The notes under the pieces: model-generated | What the model was told of the DNA's origin: nothing | What the model saw: only the letters and a program-made list of their open reading frames with translations | The model's database searches: none | Made by a program: the position numbers and the translations under genes | Shown: in pieces, positions 35,597 through 43,500 of the stretch | Layout: every line of letters starts with the position of its first letter | Numbering within the stretch: position 1 is the stretch's first letter | Source: an uncultured Lachnospiraceae bacterium | Lineage (GTDB): Bacteria > Bacillota > Clostridia > Oscillospirales > CAG-272 | NCBI GenBank assembly: GCA_964645985.1 | Contig: CAZYCC010000006.1 | Coordinates: 1-43,500 of the forward strand | Direction: 5' to 3' | DNA: 43,500 nucleotides

Positions 35597-36073
35597 ATGC
35601 GAAAGTTACCCGACACGCCTCGTGAAGGCGAAAACGAACATTCGCTCGTCGCGGGGCGATCGACGGAGGAAGACCCGGGCGGCGAGAGTTCTCCCGCGCA
35701 GACGCGAAAAATCGGGCGAACTTTGCTGCGCGAACTTGGCTTGTTTTTTCTCTTCTCGGCGGTGCTTCTGACTTTTGAGTACGCGGGAGACCGCTTTCTC
35801 GGGCGCTATTACGTCCCGGTTGCGCTCGGAGTTTGGATTGCCTACGCGCTCGCCTGCTTCGCGCTGCTCGTTGCCGCGCTGATCTTCAATCGAGGGTTTA
35901 ACTCGGAGGTTCCGTCGCCTGAGGATTTGACCCCATCGTTCACTTTAGAGCAGAAGCTCGCCTATATTGAAAAAATCAAGCGAAACAAGCGCACGGCGAA
36001 AAAGATCATCGGCGTGCTGCTGCCGCTCGCCGGGGCGTTCCTGCTGGATCTGCTATCGCTGTATTTGTTCTGA
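35597..36073 (+). CDS. Hypothetical small membrane protein
   Basis: 158 aa with an ATG start, a charged N-terminus and 3 predicted TMs. I recognise no family. Confidence 0.45.
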   Translation: MRKLPDTPREGENEHSLVAGRSTEEDPGGESSPAQTRKIGRTLLRELGLFFLFSAVLLTFEYAGDRFLGRYYVPVALGVWIAYALACFALLVAALIFNRGFNSEVPSPEDLTPSFTLEQKLAYIEKIKRNKRTAKKIIGVLLPLAGAFLLDLLSLYLF

Positions 36074-36121
36074 TTTTCAATTGTAGAAGTTCAATCACGT
36101 TTTGTAGCTCTTGGCCGCATT

Positions 36122-36886
36122 GTGTACACCGTCGCGAGTTTATACGCCGGGTCGAGCGGGAACGCCCTGCTCGCTCGCTTTGGCGACACCGCAATCCTTA
36201 TCGACGAGGGAGGAAGTACCCGCCGCACAGAGCGCGCGCTCGCGAGCGTCGGGCTGCGCCTATCCGACATTGCGGCGATTTTTGTCACGCACGAGCATAC
36301 CGACCACACGGCGGGTCTCTCGCTCACCGCGCGAAAATATGCGGTGCAAATTTTCCTGCCAAGGATGTGCCTGCCGCTCCTGCCGGATTTATCGAGCGCT
36401 CACCCCTTCTCGCTTCCCTTTGAGCGTGCGGTGGGGCAGTTTCGGGTCATCGCCTTCGCGACGCCGCACGACGCGGTTGCGAGCGTCGGGTATCTCATCG
36501 AGTCACCGGCAGGGAGGCTCGGCATCGCGACCGATATGGGGTTTGTCTCGCGCGAGGTTGTAGACGCGCTCGCCGGATGCGACGCGGCGGTTATCGAGGC
36601 GAACTACGACGAGGAAATGCTTCTCACCGGCAGTTATCCGCCTGCCCTGCGCGAGCGGATTTTGTCGCACGGGGGGCACCTCTCCAACGAGGACGCGGGC
36701 ACCCTCGCCGCCGCGCTCGCCGCCTCCGGCGCGCGCGACATCCTGCTCACCCATCTCTCGCGCGAGAACAACACGCCCTCGCGGGCACTCTCCGCCGTGC
36801 AAACGAAGCTCGATGAGCGCAACTTATCGTCGCGTTTGGTCGTCGCGGATAGAGATAATGTAACTTTTCTGTTACAGTGTAGTTAA
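36122..36886 (+). CDS. MBL-fold metallo-hydrolase (YycJ/WalJ-like)
   Basis: GTG start with an HxHxDH motif (THEHTDH). A C-terminal THLS region is typical of YycJ-type MBL proteins. It lies directly upstream of rlmH, as in Bacillus. Confidence 0.75.
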   Translation: MYTVASLYAGSSGNALLARFGDTAILIDEGGSTRRTERALASVGLRLSDIAAIFVTHEHTDHTAGLSLTARKYAVQIFLPRMCLPLLPDLSSAHPFSLPFERAVGQFRVIAFATPHDAVASVGYLIESPAGRLGIATDMGFVSREVVDALAGCDAAVIEANYDEEMLLTGSYPPALRERILSHGGHLSNEDAGTLAAALAASGARDILLTHLSRENNTPSRALSAVQTKLDERNLSSRLVVADRDNVTFLLQCS

Positions 36887-36967
36887 TTTTTTGATCTTAT
36901 AAATTTTCCGCTGAATTGTGAATTGCCGTTTCTTGATTTTTTAGCGGAATCTTTCTTTTCCACTGAA

Positions 36968-37402
36968 ATGCCGCAATTTACCCTCCTCTGCGTCGGGGCG
37001 CTTCGCGAAAATTATATCCGGCAGGGCTGCGCTGAGTTTGTCAAGAGAATGACGCCCTTTTGCCGGGTCGAGGTACGCGAATTTCGCGATGACGCGGCGC
37101 TCCTCGCGGAGTTTGCGCGCCCGCGGGAGCGCGCGAGGCGTGTCGCGCTCTGCGTGGAGGGGGAGGAGCTTCGTTCAGAGCAGCTCGCGGCGTGGCTCGC
37201 GCGGCAGATGGATGGGGGCAGCTCGAGCATTCTCTTCGCGATCGGCGGGGCAAACGGATTGAATGACGATGTCAAGCAGGCGGCCGATCTGCGGCTCTCG
37301 CTCTCGCGCATGACGCTGCCGCATGAGCTCGCGCGCCTCGTCCTCCTTGAGCAGCTCTACCGCGCGTGGACAATCCTGCGGGGAATGCCCTATCACAAGT
37401 GA
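36968..37402 (+). CDS. rlmH: 23S rRNA (pseudouridine1915-N3)-methyltransferase RlmH
   Basis: The start is ATG 36968 (MPQFTLLCVGALRENYIRQG). The SPOUT C-terminus (FAIGGANGL, LSLSRMTLPHELARLVLLEQLYRA) is typical of RlmH. Confidence 0.85.
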   Translation: MPQFTLLCVGALRENYIRQGCAEFVKRMTPFCRVEVREFRDDAALLAEFARPRERARRVALCVEGEELRSEQLAAWLARQMDGGSSSILFAIGGANGLNDDVKQAADLRLSLSRMTLPHELARLVLLEQLYRAWTILRGMPYHK

Positions 37403-38176
37403 GCGTTTCTGCTGCACACCGAGCGCAATGAGAGGGTCTGCGGGAAGGGAAGAACATTTTAGCGCGGTCTTGGAATATAAGTGGTTGAGGATGGGACGGG
37501 AAATCGAATTCAAAAAGCGAACCTGATCAAACGCACAAAACACCGTATTTTCGGGAAAAATCAGTGTCTCTTTGAGGTCACCCGGCCGCCACGGCGCATC
37601 CTACCCCCTCCGCGAATACCCAGCACACGCGCAGGCAATCGCGTTTCCCTCCCGCCCGAGAGACGGGCGGGGAGGCGAATGCCCTCGCTCCCGCGCGAAA
37701 AATCGCGCCCTCAGCTCGCGTTACATTTCCACACCTTTTTCGGGGATGAGGTGTTGCAAATAGATCCGTGCGGATCGTCTTGACTTTCCGAAACTTCGCT
37801 CTGCCCGATTGGAGAGCCGCTTCTCCCCATACTGCACCGTATTTTTGAGCTTGCGCGCAAAACCCGCGCATTGCGCGCTCGCTTCCCGCCCGCTTTGGTG
37901 CTGCGCCGCGATTGCCCACATACGCGCGCGCATTCGCTGCCTCGCTGCCTCCCTTGCGCAAAAATCCCCCTCGAATGTTTCGATCGCGCGAGGCGCATTC
38001 GATTGCGCAAAGTTCCATCGAAAATTGACGACTTGACCTCGCGCCGTGAATCCACATTCTCGCTCGCGCGAGAAAATCTTATAGCTTCGCTCCTCACAAA
38101 CTTCTCATTATCGGCGCTCGGCCTTTGGCGATTTGGGTTCACGAGATGAACCCGGGTCGCTCACGCGCCCCTCATA

Positions 38177-38205
38177 CAAAAAGACCCCGACGGGGTCTTT
38201 TTTTC
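38177..38205. terminator. Bidirectional intrinsic terminator after degV
   Basis: AAAAA-GACCCC-GAC-GGGGTC-TTTTTTT, located 45 nt past the degV stop. Confidence 0.7.
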
Positions 38206-38248
38206 GCAGGAAATACTCGCGGCGAAAGGGATCTACATGCCGAGCGGT

Positions 38249-39136
38249 TCACGCTATCGGAATGCACCCGACACCAATCGGGTGGGGACCGACGTGAACA
38301 CCGATCGTCGCGCCGATTTGAATGGGGATGAAGTCCGGCACGCGGCCAAACTTCTCGAGGAATAGTTCGCCCACAGCGCGCGCGAGCGGCTCCGCGTCCG
38401 CGCGGTCGGCGCCCCAACCAAAGGCAAAAGAATAGCCGTTAAGATTGAGACGGTCGCGCGAAATCTCCTTCTCCAATAAGGCGACGATTCGCGCGATCGC
38501 CTCCTCGCGGCCGCGGCAAAATCCGACCGGCTGCAGCTCCCCGGCGGCAAATCGCAGCACCGGCGTGCGCCCCGCGCAGGCGCGCGCCCACTCGAGCAGC
38601 CGTCCGATCCGCCCGCCGTGCGTGAGATAGGCGAGGTTGTCTAAGGCGAAGAAAATCGCGCCGCCCCCCTTGACAATCTCGCCGCGGCACGCCGTTTCGT
38701 CGAGCGAATGCCCCTCGCGGGCGTAGCGCGCCATTTGCAACAGAAAAATGCCCTGTAGCCCTGTGACAAGGCCTGAATCGACGACCACTATCGATCTCTC
38801 GGGAAACTCGTCTCGCAAGAGGTTCGCGGCATTTTTCGCCGCGCCGAAAGATCCCGACAATCTGCTCGAAATCGTATAACAAAGAATGTCCTCGCCTTGC
38901 AGCAGAATCGGGCGAAAGACATCCATATAATCCGAGACGGAGGGCATTGATGTGCGGGGGAAAAGCGACGAATCTCGAAGCAGCGCATCGTAAAAATCAC
39001 GCACCGAGAGCTCGACGCCCTCCTTCAGATAATGCTCGCCGTCAAGCGAAACGGAAAACGGAACGGTTACAATGCCCGCGCGCGAAAGCTGTTCGGGAGA
39101 TAAGTCCAGTGCCCCGTCGGAGAGGATACGAAACAT
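38249..39136 (-). CDS. DegV family fatty-acid-binding protein
   Basis: 295 aa with a DegV-type N-terminus (ILSDGALDLSPE, PRTSMPSVSDY, SSRLSGSFGAA) and the matching C-terminal domain. Confidence 0.85.
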   Translation of the reverse strand: MFRILSDGALDLSPEQLSRAGIVTVPFSVSLDGEHYLKEGVELSVRDFYDALLRDSSLFPRTSMPSVSDYMDVFRPILLQGEDILCYTISSRLSGSFGAAKNAANLLRDEFPERSIVVVDSGLVTGLQGIFLLQMARYAREGHSLDETACRGEIVKGGGAIFFALDNLAYLTHGGRIGRLLEWARACAGRTPVLRFAAGELQPVGFCRGREEAIARIVALLEKEISRDRLNLNGYSFAFGWGADRADAEPLARAVGELFLEKFGRVPDFIPIQIGATIGVHVGPHPIGVGCIPIA

Positions 39137-39319
39137 AGCGGGATAGGGGTTGAAAAAGGGAAAACGAAAAAGAAATCAAAAAGGAAACGAAAAACGAATA
39201 TCTTAACCACAGAGGATTTAGGTTGTTTTACAATTTATTCACTTGTTTGTTCTTATTTGACGCAACAAAACAGTATGTAGTTATGTCAATGTCGTCTTGC
39301 GGTGTGCAACGCGAAAATG

Positions 39320-39348
39320 ATTTTATTGGGGATATTCTTGATGGACAA
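39320..39348 (-). promoter_or_regulatory. Candidate degV promoter
   Basis: The minus strand reads TTGTCC-17 nt-TAAAAT inside an AT-rich island. The leader of about 177 nt is T-rich. Confidence 0.45.
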
Positions 39349-39398
39349 ATGAGATTTGCCATATCTGTGTAATTCACCACATAATTCCTCATGCCGTT

Positions 39399-39893
39399 TT
39401 ATTCTCCCCTCCCCCGCTGTTTCTCGTAGCGCGCGATTGTGCGCGACGCTTCGCGCTTTGCCTCGGTTTCGCGCTTGTCGTAGAGCTTTTTGCCGCGGCA
39501 GAGACCGAGTTCGAGCTTGACGCGCGATCCCACGAAATAGAGCGAGAGCGGAACGAGCGTCAGCCCTTGCTGCGCGGCGCGCGCGCCGAGGCGCAAAATT
39601 TCGCGGCGGTGCATCAAAAGCGCGCGCGGGCGCACGGGGTCGTGATTGAAGAGAGTGCCCTTTTCATAAGGGCTAATATGAATGCCATAGGCGGTTAACT
39701 GTCCGTCGCGCGCCGTGCAGTAAGCGTCTTTGAGATTGACGCGCCCGGCGCGCAAAGACTTCACCTCAGTGCCGACGAGCGCGATCCCCGCCTCGAAAGT
39801 CTCCTCGACGAAGTAGTCGTGGAAAGCTTTTTTGTTGCGCGCGATGACTTTTTTAGTCAACTTTGCAGAAGCGGACTTGGGGGAAGTGTTCAT
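39399..39893 (-). CDS. smpB: SsrA-binding protein SmpB
   Basis: 164 aa with SmpB motifs (NKKAFHDYF, GIALVGTEVKSLR, LLMHRREI, KKLYDKRE). Confidence 0.95.
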   Translation of the reverse strand: MNTSPKSASAKLTKKVIARNKKAFHDYFVEETFEAGIALVGTEVKSLRAGRVNLKDAYCTARDGQLTAYGIHISPYEKGTLFNHDPVRPRALLMHRREILRLGARAAQQGLTLVPLSLYFVGSRVKLELGLCRGKKLYDKRETEAKREASRTIARYEKQRGRGE

Positions 39894-40129
39894 ATATATT
39901 TAATATTTGTCAAGGGATTAGATAAATGTTTCATCAATGTGAGATCATATCGGCATTCACCATATCGTAACAAGATTTCGCCCACAAGAGCCAACCCCAT
40001 TTTTGACCGATCGCAAAATAACTTTCTTGCCGATGATATGTACAATTTATAAGAAAATGTTATGTATGCCGGAAGAAGAGCGCCCGCCTTCCCCTCCGCG
40101 CGCTGCGCGCGCCGGAGGCAGAAATTGCG

Positions 40130-41374
40130 TTATCCCCCGGGCGCGTCCTTGTCAAAATAATACTTGCGATAGACCTTATCGTACGAGAGGATATGCCGCG
40201 TGAGGAGGAGTTTGCGCGCGGGGGAGAGATCCCTCGCATAGACGAGCGTGCGCTCGACTTTGCCTTCGCGAAAAAGCCGCGACGCCTTCTCCCGCAAGGC
40301 GGGATCGCGCAGATACCGCAGAAGGGTTCGGCGCGGCACCGCGCACCAGAGTCGCTCCTCCCCTGTGGGAACGGCGCGCTCGGTGCTCCCGTAGACAACG
40401 TCATCTACCATCAGCGCGGGCAGATTGACCCCGGCGGTATGCGCGAAAAAAGACGATCTTCCAAGGCGCGGATTCAGCTCAAAGAGATAGGTTTTCCCGG
40501 TGCGCGCGTCGAGCTTCATATCAATATTTGCAAAACCGATATATCCGATTTTCGCAAGGAAGTCCGAGAGCATCGCCTCAACCCGCTCATCGCGGCGCGG
40601 GAGAATAGCGGCGTAATTGCCGAGCGTCGCGGGCGCGACCTCCTCGAGTATCGGCTGCCCGAGCACCGCCGCGCGCACGCTCCCGTCACTGCCGACATAG
40701 AGGTTGCAGGTGCGCATCGCCGTGTCATCTCCCGGGATGAACTCCTGCAAAATGAGTTTTCCCCGATAGCCGGATTTTCCCATTTCCCGCACAATTTGAA
40801 GATACTCTCGCTCATTTTGGACAAAAAATACCTTCTTTTTTCCGGGAAAAGAGCAGTGCAGGTATTCTGCGGCGTTGCTGTTCTCCGGCTTCACGACGAT
40901 GGGGAACCGCAGCGAACTCTCCGAAAGCGCCCTCTCCCGCTCGCCGGGCTGCGCGACTACCGTCTTTGGGTAGGGCAGATCGCACTTGTCACATAATGCG
41001 TAAAACTTATCTTTACTTTCGATCTGCAACAGGAGATTTTGCGAGGGAAATTTATTGGCAATGTATGGCGAGAACTTGTCCTGATTTCGTACCAAAAGCG
41101 AAAAGTAGTAATCCGCGAGCGGGATAACGAGCAGTTTCTCCGCCTCGCGCGATTTTTCGCGCAAGACCCCCCGCAGCGCGGGGACGAAAACCGCCTCGTC
41201 ATCGAAATGTTCTATAGCGCGCAGATCAAACAGGCGCGAGTGCGCGGTCGCGCGCAGGGCGCGCGCGCAGAGCAGCAGCGGGCGGCAGCGATCGCCGTAA
41301 CGCTCGTGGAGCTGGCGTGCGACGCCGTACGCGTTGTCGTCGCTGCCGAGCAGAATGGGCAGGAAGTCGAGCAA
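40130..41374 (-). CDS. ATP-grasp domain carboxylate-amine ligase (predicted)
   Basis: 414 aa with a TTG start and a GAAGG RBS. ATP-grasp elements are present (FPIVVKPENS, LILQEFIPGDD, FANIDMKLD...YLFELNPR). Confidence 0.7.
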   Translation of the reverse strand: MLDFLPILLGSDDNAYGVARQLHERYGDRCRPLLLCARALRATAHSRLFDLRAIEHFDDEAVFVPALRGVLREKSREAEKLLVIPLADYYFSLLVRNQDKFSPYIANKFPSQNLLLQIESKDKFYALCDKCDLPYPKTVVAQPGERERALSESSLRFPIVVKPENSNAAEYLHCSFPGKKKVFFVQNEREYLQIVREMGKSGYRGKLILQEFIPGDDTAMRTCNLYVGSDGSVRAAVLGQPILEEVAPATLGNYAAILPRRDERVEAMLSDFLAKIGYIGFANIDMKLDARTGKTYLFELNPRLGRSSFFAHTAGVNLPALMVDDVVYGSTERAVPTGEERLWCAVPRRTLLRYLRDPALREKASRLFREGKVERTLVYARDLSPARKLLLTRHILSYDKVYRKYYFDKDAPGG

Positions 41375-41430
41375 AATAAGCCTTCGCGGGGTGTCGGGGA
41401 CGAGGCGAATCGTGTTGGATGTAACATATT

Positions 41431-41459
41431 ATTTTACCACGACAGGCGGGGGATGTCAA
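41431..41459 (-). promoter_or_regulatory. Promoter of the ATP-grasp gene
   Basis: The minus strand reads TTGACA-17 nt-TAAAAT, about 50 nt upstream of the TTG start. Confidence 0.7.
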
Positions 41460-41477
41460 GAGAACAAACCCCACGCA

Positions 41478-41508
41478 GCAAAACGCCGCCCGTCGGGCGG
41501 CGTTTTGC
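41478..41508. terminator. Bidirectional intrinsic terminator after the surface-protein gene
   Basis: Perfect 14-bp stem GCAAAACGCCGCCC / GGGCGGCGTTTTGC with a 3-nt loop. Confidence 0.75.
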
Positions 41509-41571
41509 TCGTGTATACTCGCTCCTCTATTGCCCTTCTCTCGGGGGTGAGGAGGAGCGCGCGGTGGTTTC

Positions 41572-43500
41572 TTATGCCGGGTCTACATTCACTGTACCGG
41601 TTCCTCCGCCTTTGTTTTCGCTCGGGCCTGTGAGTCCGGTTATATCGCAGTTTCTCACCGTCATTGTTGTGGTGATATACCCGGCGAATTTTCCGGCGTA
41701 TAATTTAGAGGTAAATCCTGTCGCCTGAATTTTTCCGGCAAACGTGCAATTTTCAACTGTCTGAGTACCCCAGTCAGCGTTACCGAATACCGCTCCCGCA
41801 GATACTTGTGGCGCCTTTGAAAACCCAGTACTCGCCGAAATGTTCCCTTTGCTGGAGGAGTTTCGAATGACAAAGTTCCCGGTCGTTCCATAGGAGGTGC
41901 TGCCGCAAATGCCGCCGGCATTTACCGAAACGCTCCCCCCGCTGGTTCCTTGCGGGCTGACCGTAATCGACCCGGTATTGTGAACATTGGTGATGTAGTA
42001 ATCCCCGCTTTGCGCCACCCCGATAACTCCGCCTGCGCTGCACCACCCTGCGATTTCCGTCCCGTTCACATTGATATCGCCTGTGTTTTTGCAGTCGCGA
42101 ATCTCCACCTGCCGCGCGCCCTGCACATAGCCGATGAGACCTCCCGCGACGCCATCATCCTCATTCCCCATCGAGTGGATATACCCCTCGTTTGTACAGT
42201 TCACGAGAGTGAGCTTACTGACATCTTCTACATGCGCGACGATTCCGGCGCACTTGCCACCGGTGTTCCCACCTGCGACGCACTTGGCGGTTACCGCCGC
42301 GCTGTTGGTGCAGTTTTCAATGGTGACGTCGCTAATCTGCCCGTCGTCGTTTTTGATTCTCCCGATGATCCCGCCCACCTTGCAGCCGGATACCACGCCG
42401 GCAACGGTCACATCGGAGATAACGGTGTTGCCGCTGACACAGCCGACGACGCTGCCGACATAATTTTGATCATTTGAAATATCGACATTTTCCAAATGAA
42501 CATTTTGTATGGTCGCGTCGTCGACATAATCGAAAAGCCCGGTGAAGTTAAACAGATTGGACTCCTCCACATAGACATTTTTGACGGTATGCCCTTTCCC
42601 GTCAAAGCTTCCCGTGAAAGGATGCGTGGAAGTGCCTATTGCGTCAAACGGGTGCCCCGCGAGGTCCACGTTCGCCTGCAGCTCGATGTCTTTCGCCTCG
42701 TCAATGGAGCCGTCATTTACCATATTGCGAAGTTTCGCGAGCTCCGCACCGGTCGAGGGGAGGTAGCTGTCATCATCATAGTTCACTTCCTCCGCGACGG
42801 TACCGTCCCACACATCGACATTGTCGTATTGGCTGCCGAAACTATCGCTCTCGGCGGGGGTTTGCGTTGCGAAGACGTTGACCGTGAAGGATACCGAGGG
42901 CGCCTTGGCGCCGTTTTTCGCGTTATATTTGTTGTCGACGTTCTCCTCGACATCGGTCGAGACGCTCGAATCAGGCGCCCAGAAGATCACAATTACCTTG
43001 TTCGCGGCTTCATTTTCCTCATAGGAGACCGCGCCGTCGACCGGATCTCCCGCGTAATCCTGCGGCAGCAGGACCCCCTCCTCGGTGTAGCCACCGAGCG
43101 GCGTGCCCGCTCCCGCGATTTGCTCCCACGCGGCGGAGCGAGCCTCATAGGTGGGGTTCTCGGCATCGCGCAGGGCGAGTAGCGCGGGGTCGTCGGCGCT
43201 CGTCAGCTTCATTTGCAGCACATCGAGCAGAGAGTTGCCGCTCAGCTTGGTGTCGCTCTCAACGCCGACCGTGAGGCCGTAGCGCAGCGCGAGGCTGCCG
43301 TTGTTTTGCACGCGGAAAGGAATGCTCTCGACCATTACGCCGGGCTCCCACAGCGTGGAGGCAGTTTTCTCATCGAAGAGACTGCGCTCGGCGAGCGTCT
43401 GCCCGCTGCTGTCAACGATGTCCACATCGAGATTCCCAGCGGTGATGGTCGTGTCGCCGGTCGAGGCGCTGTCGCTGAACCACGCGAAGGTGGTGCCGAC
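41572..43500 (-). CDS. Secreted or surface protein, 5'-truncated by the window edge: TasA/camelysin-like N-domain fused to GLUG-motif repeats
   Basis: The reading frame stays open to position 43500 (VGTTFAWFSDSASTGDTTITAGNLDV...). The FAWFSD...AGNLDV motif is typical of SipW-dependent TasA/CalY-family proteins. The C-terminal half has repeated GLUG-like units (VGGIIGRI, AGGLIGYV, AGGVIGVA, AGGICGST). Confidence 0.65.
   Translation of the reverse strand, partial: VGTTFAWFSDSASTGDTTITAGNLDVDIVDSSGQTLAERSLFDEKTASTLWEPGVMVESIPFRVQNNGSLALRYGLTVGVESDTKLSGNSLLDVLQMKLTSADDPALLALRDAENPTYEARSAAWEQIAGAGTPLGGYTEEGVLLPQDYAGDPVDGAVSYEENEAANKVIVIFWAPDSSVSTDVEENVDNKYNAKNGAKAPSVSFTVNVFATQTPAESDSFGSQYDNVDVWDGTVAEEVNYDDDSYLPSTGAELAKLRNMVNDGSIDEAKDIELQANVDLAGHPFDAIGTSTHPFTGSFDGKGHTVKNVYVEESNLFNFTGLFDYVDDATIQNVHLENVDISNDQNYVGSVVGCVSGNTVISDVTVAGVVSGCKVGGIIGRIKNDDGQISDVTIENCTNSAAVTAKCVAGGNTGGKCAGIVAHVEDVSKLTLVNCTNEGYIHSMGNEDDGVAGGLIGYVQGARQVEIRDCKNTGDINVNGTEIAGWCSAGGVIGVAQSGDYYITNVHNTGSITVSPQGTSGGSVSVNAGGICGSTSYGTTGNFVIRNSSSKGNISASTGFSKAPQVSAGAVFGNADWGTQTVENCTFAGKIQATGFTSKLYAGKFAGYITTTMTVRNCDITGLTGPSENKGGGTGTVNVDPA

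Noticed and set aside
37781-37789. RNase P RNA, suggested by GGAAAGTCA on the minus strand.
   Set aside because: Only the 8-nt core resembles GGAAAGTCC. The other universally conserved RNase P blocks, such as ACAGAA-CCCGGCTTA, are absent from the region.
37721-37933. Tyrosine-recombinase or DDE-transposase pseudogene call.
   Set aside because: The resemblance rests on very short, degenerate strings (FGKS...IYLQH and TIRTD) in different frames. That is too weak to annotate as a pseudogene or mobile element, so it is kept only as a hypothesis in the findings.
37403-39398. tmRNA (ssrA) near smpB.
   Set aside because: I looked on both strands for a GGGG...GGATTCGAC 5' end and a GGGTTCGA-TCCC...CTCCACCA 3' end and found neither. 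The GGGTTCA at 38145 belongs to a simple hairpin (GGGTTCA-CGAGA-TGAACCC), not a T-arm.
39908-39913. smpB promoter from the TTGACA 15 nt upstream of the ATG.
   Set aside because: The spacing leaves no room for a -10 box and TSS before the start codon. I could not define a convincing smpB promoter.
1-43500. tRNA, rRNA, transposase or integrase genes, and known defence-system genes.
   Set aside because: I found no T-loop or anticodon-arm architecture, no rRNA-like conserved blocks, and no ORFs with recombinase, nuclease-helicase, RT or Cas signatures on either strand.

Overview
High-GC bacterial chromosome segment. Its housekeeping synteny looks like Bacillota/Clostridia: yybS-like gene then rplI, walJ-like MBL then rlmH, plus degV, smpB, pdxST and comEC. 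This taxonomic guess is inference only. I support 33 protein-coding genes. I recognised no rRNA, tRNA, CRISPR array, transposase or obvious defence genes. The left 12 kb (877-12316, minus strand) is one Mrp/Mbh-membrane-arm-like locus: mrpF, mrpG, mrpE, a DUF4040/MbhD-like gene, an MnhB-domain gene, mrpC, three MrpD/NuoN-like genes and one NuoL/MrpA-like gene with a repeat-extended C-terminal helix. lplA follows it directly. That makes four antiporter-like pump subunits with no redox module, which is my best candidate for an unusual system. The rest encodes uvrA, an unpaired type IIA topoisomerase B subunit, comEC, pdxT/pdxS, an HD hydrolase, an RsmF-like methyltransferase, cysK, rpmB, a membrane-anchored ComEC-type MBL domain, serA/serC and an unlinked SBP lipoprotein. 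It then continues with a DUF2232 protein, rplI, a small membrane protein, a YycJ-like MBL, rlmH, degV, smpB, an ATP-grasp enzyme and a 5'-truncated TasA-like/GLUG-repeat surface protein. Near-consensus promoters (TTGACA-N17-TATACT/TATAAT) can be read by eye. Three of them sit 365-560 nt upstream of the next start codon, ahead of GC-rich hairpin-dense sequence, so they may mark long leaders or ncRNAs. Intergenic DNA is unusually long and holds phased GC-rich palindromic units, a recurring GAAAATCCTTTC motif near PLP/Ser/Cys genes, and an 845-nt non-coding gap between convergent genes. Most other long ORFs in the six-frame track are GC-rich shadow ORFs.
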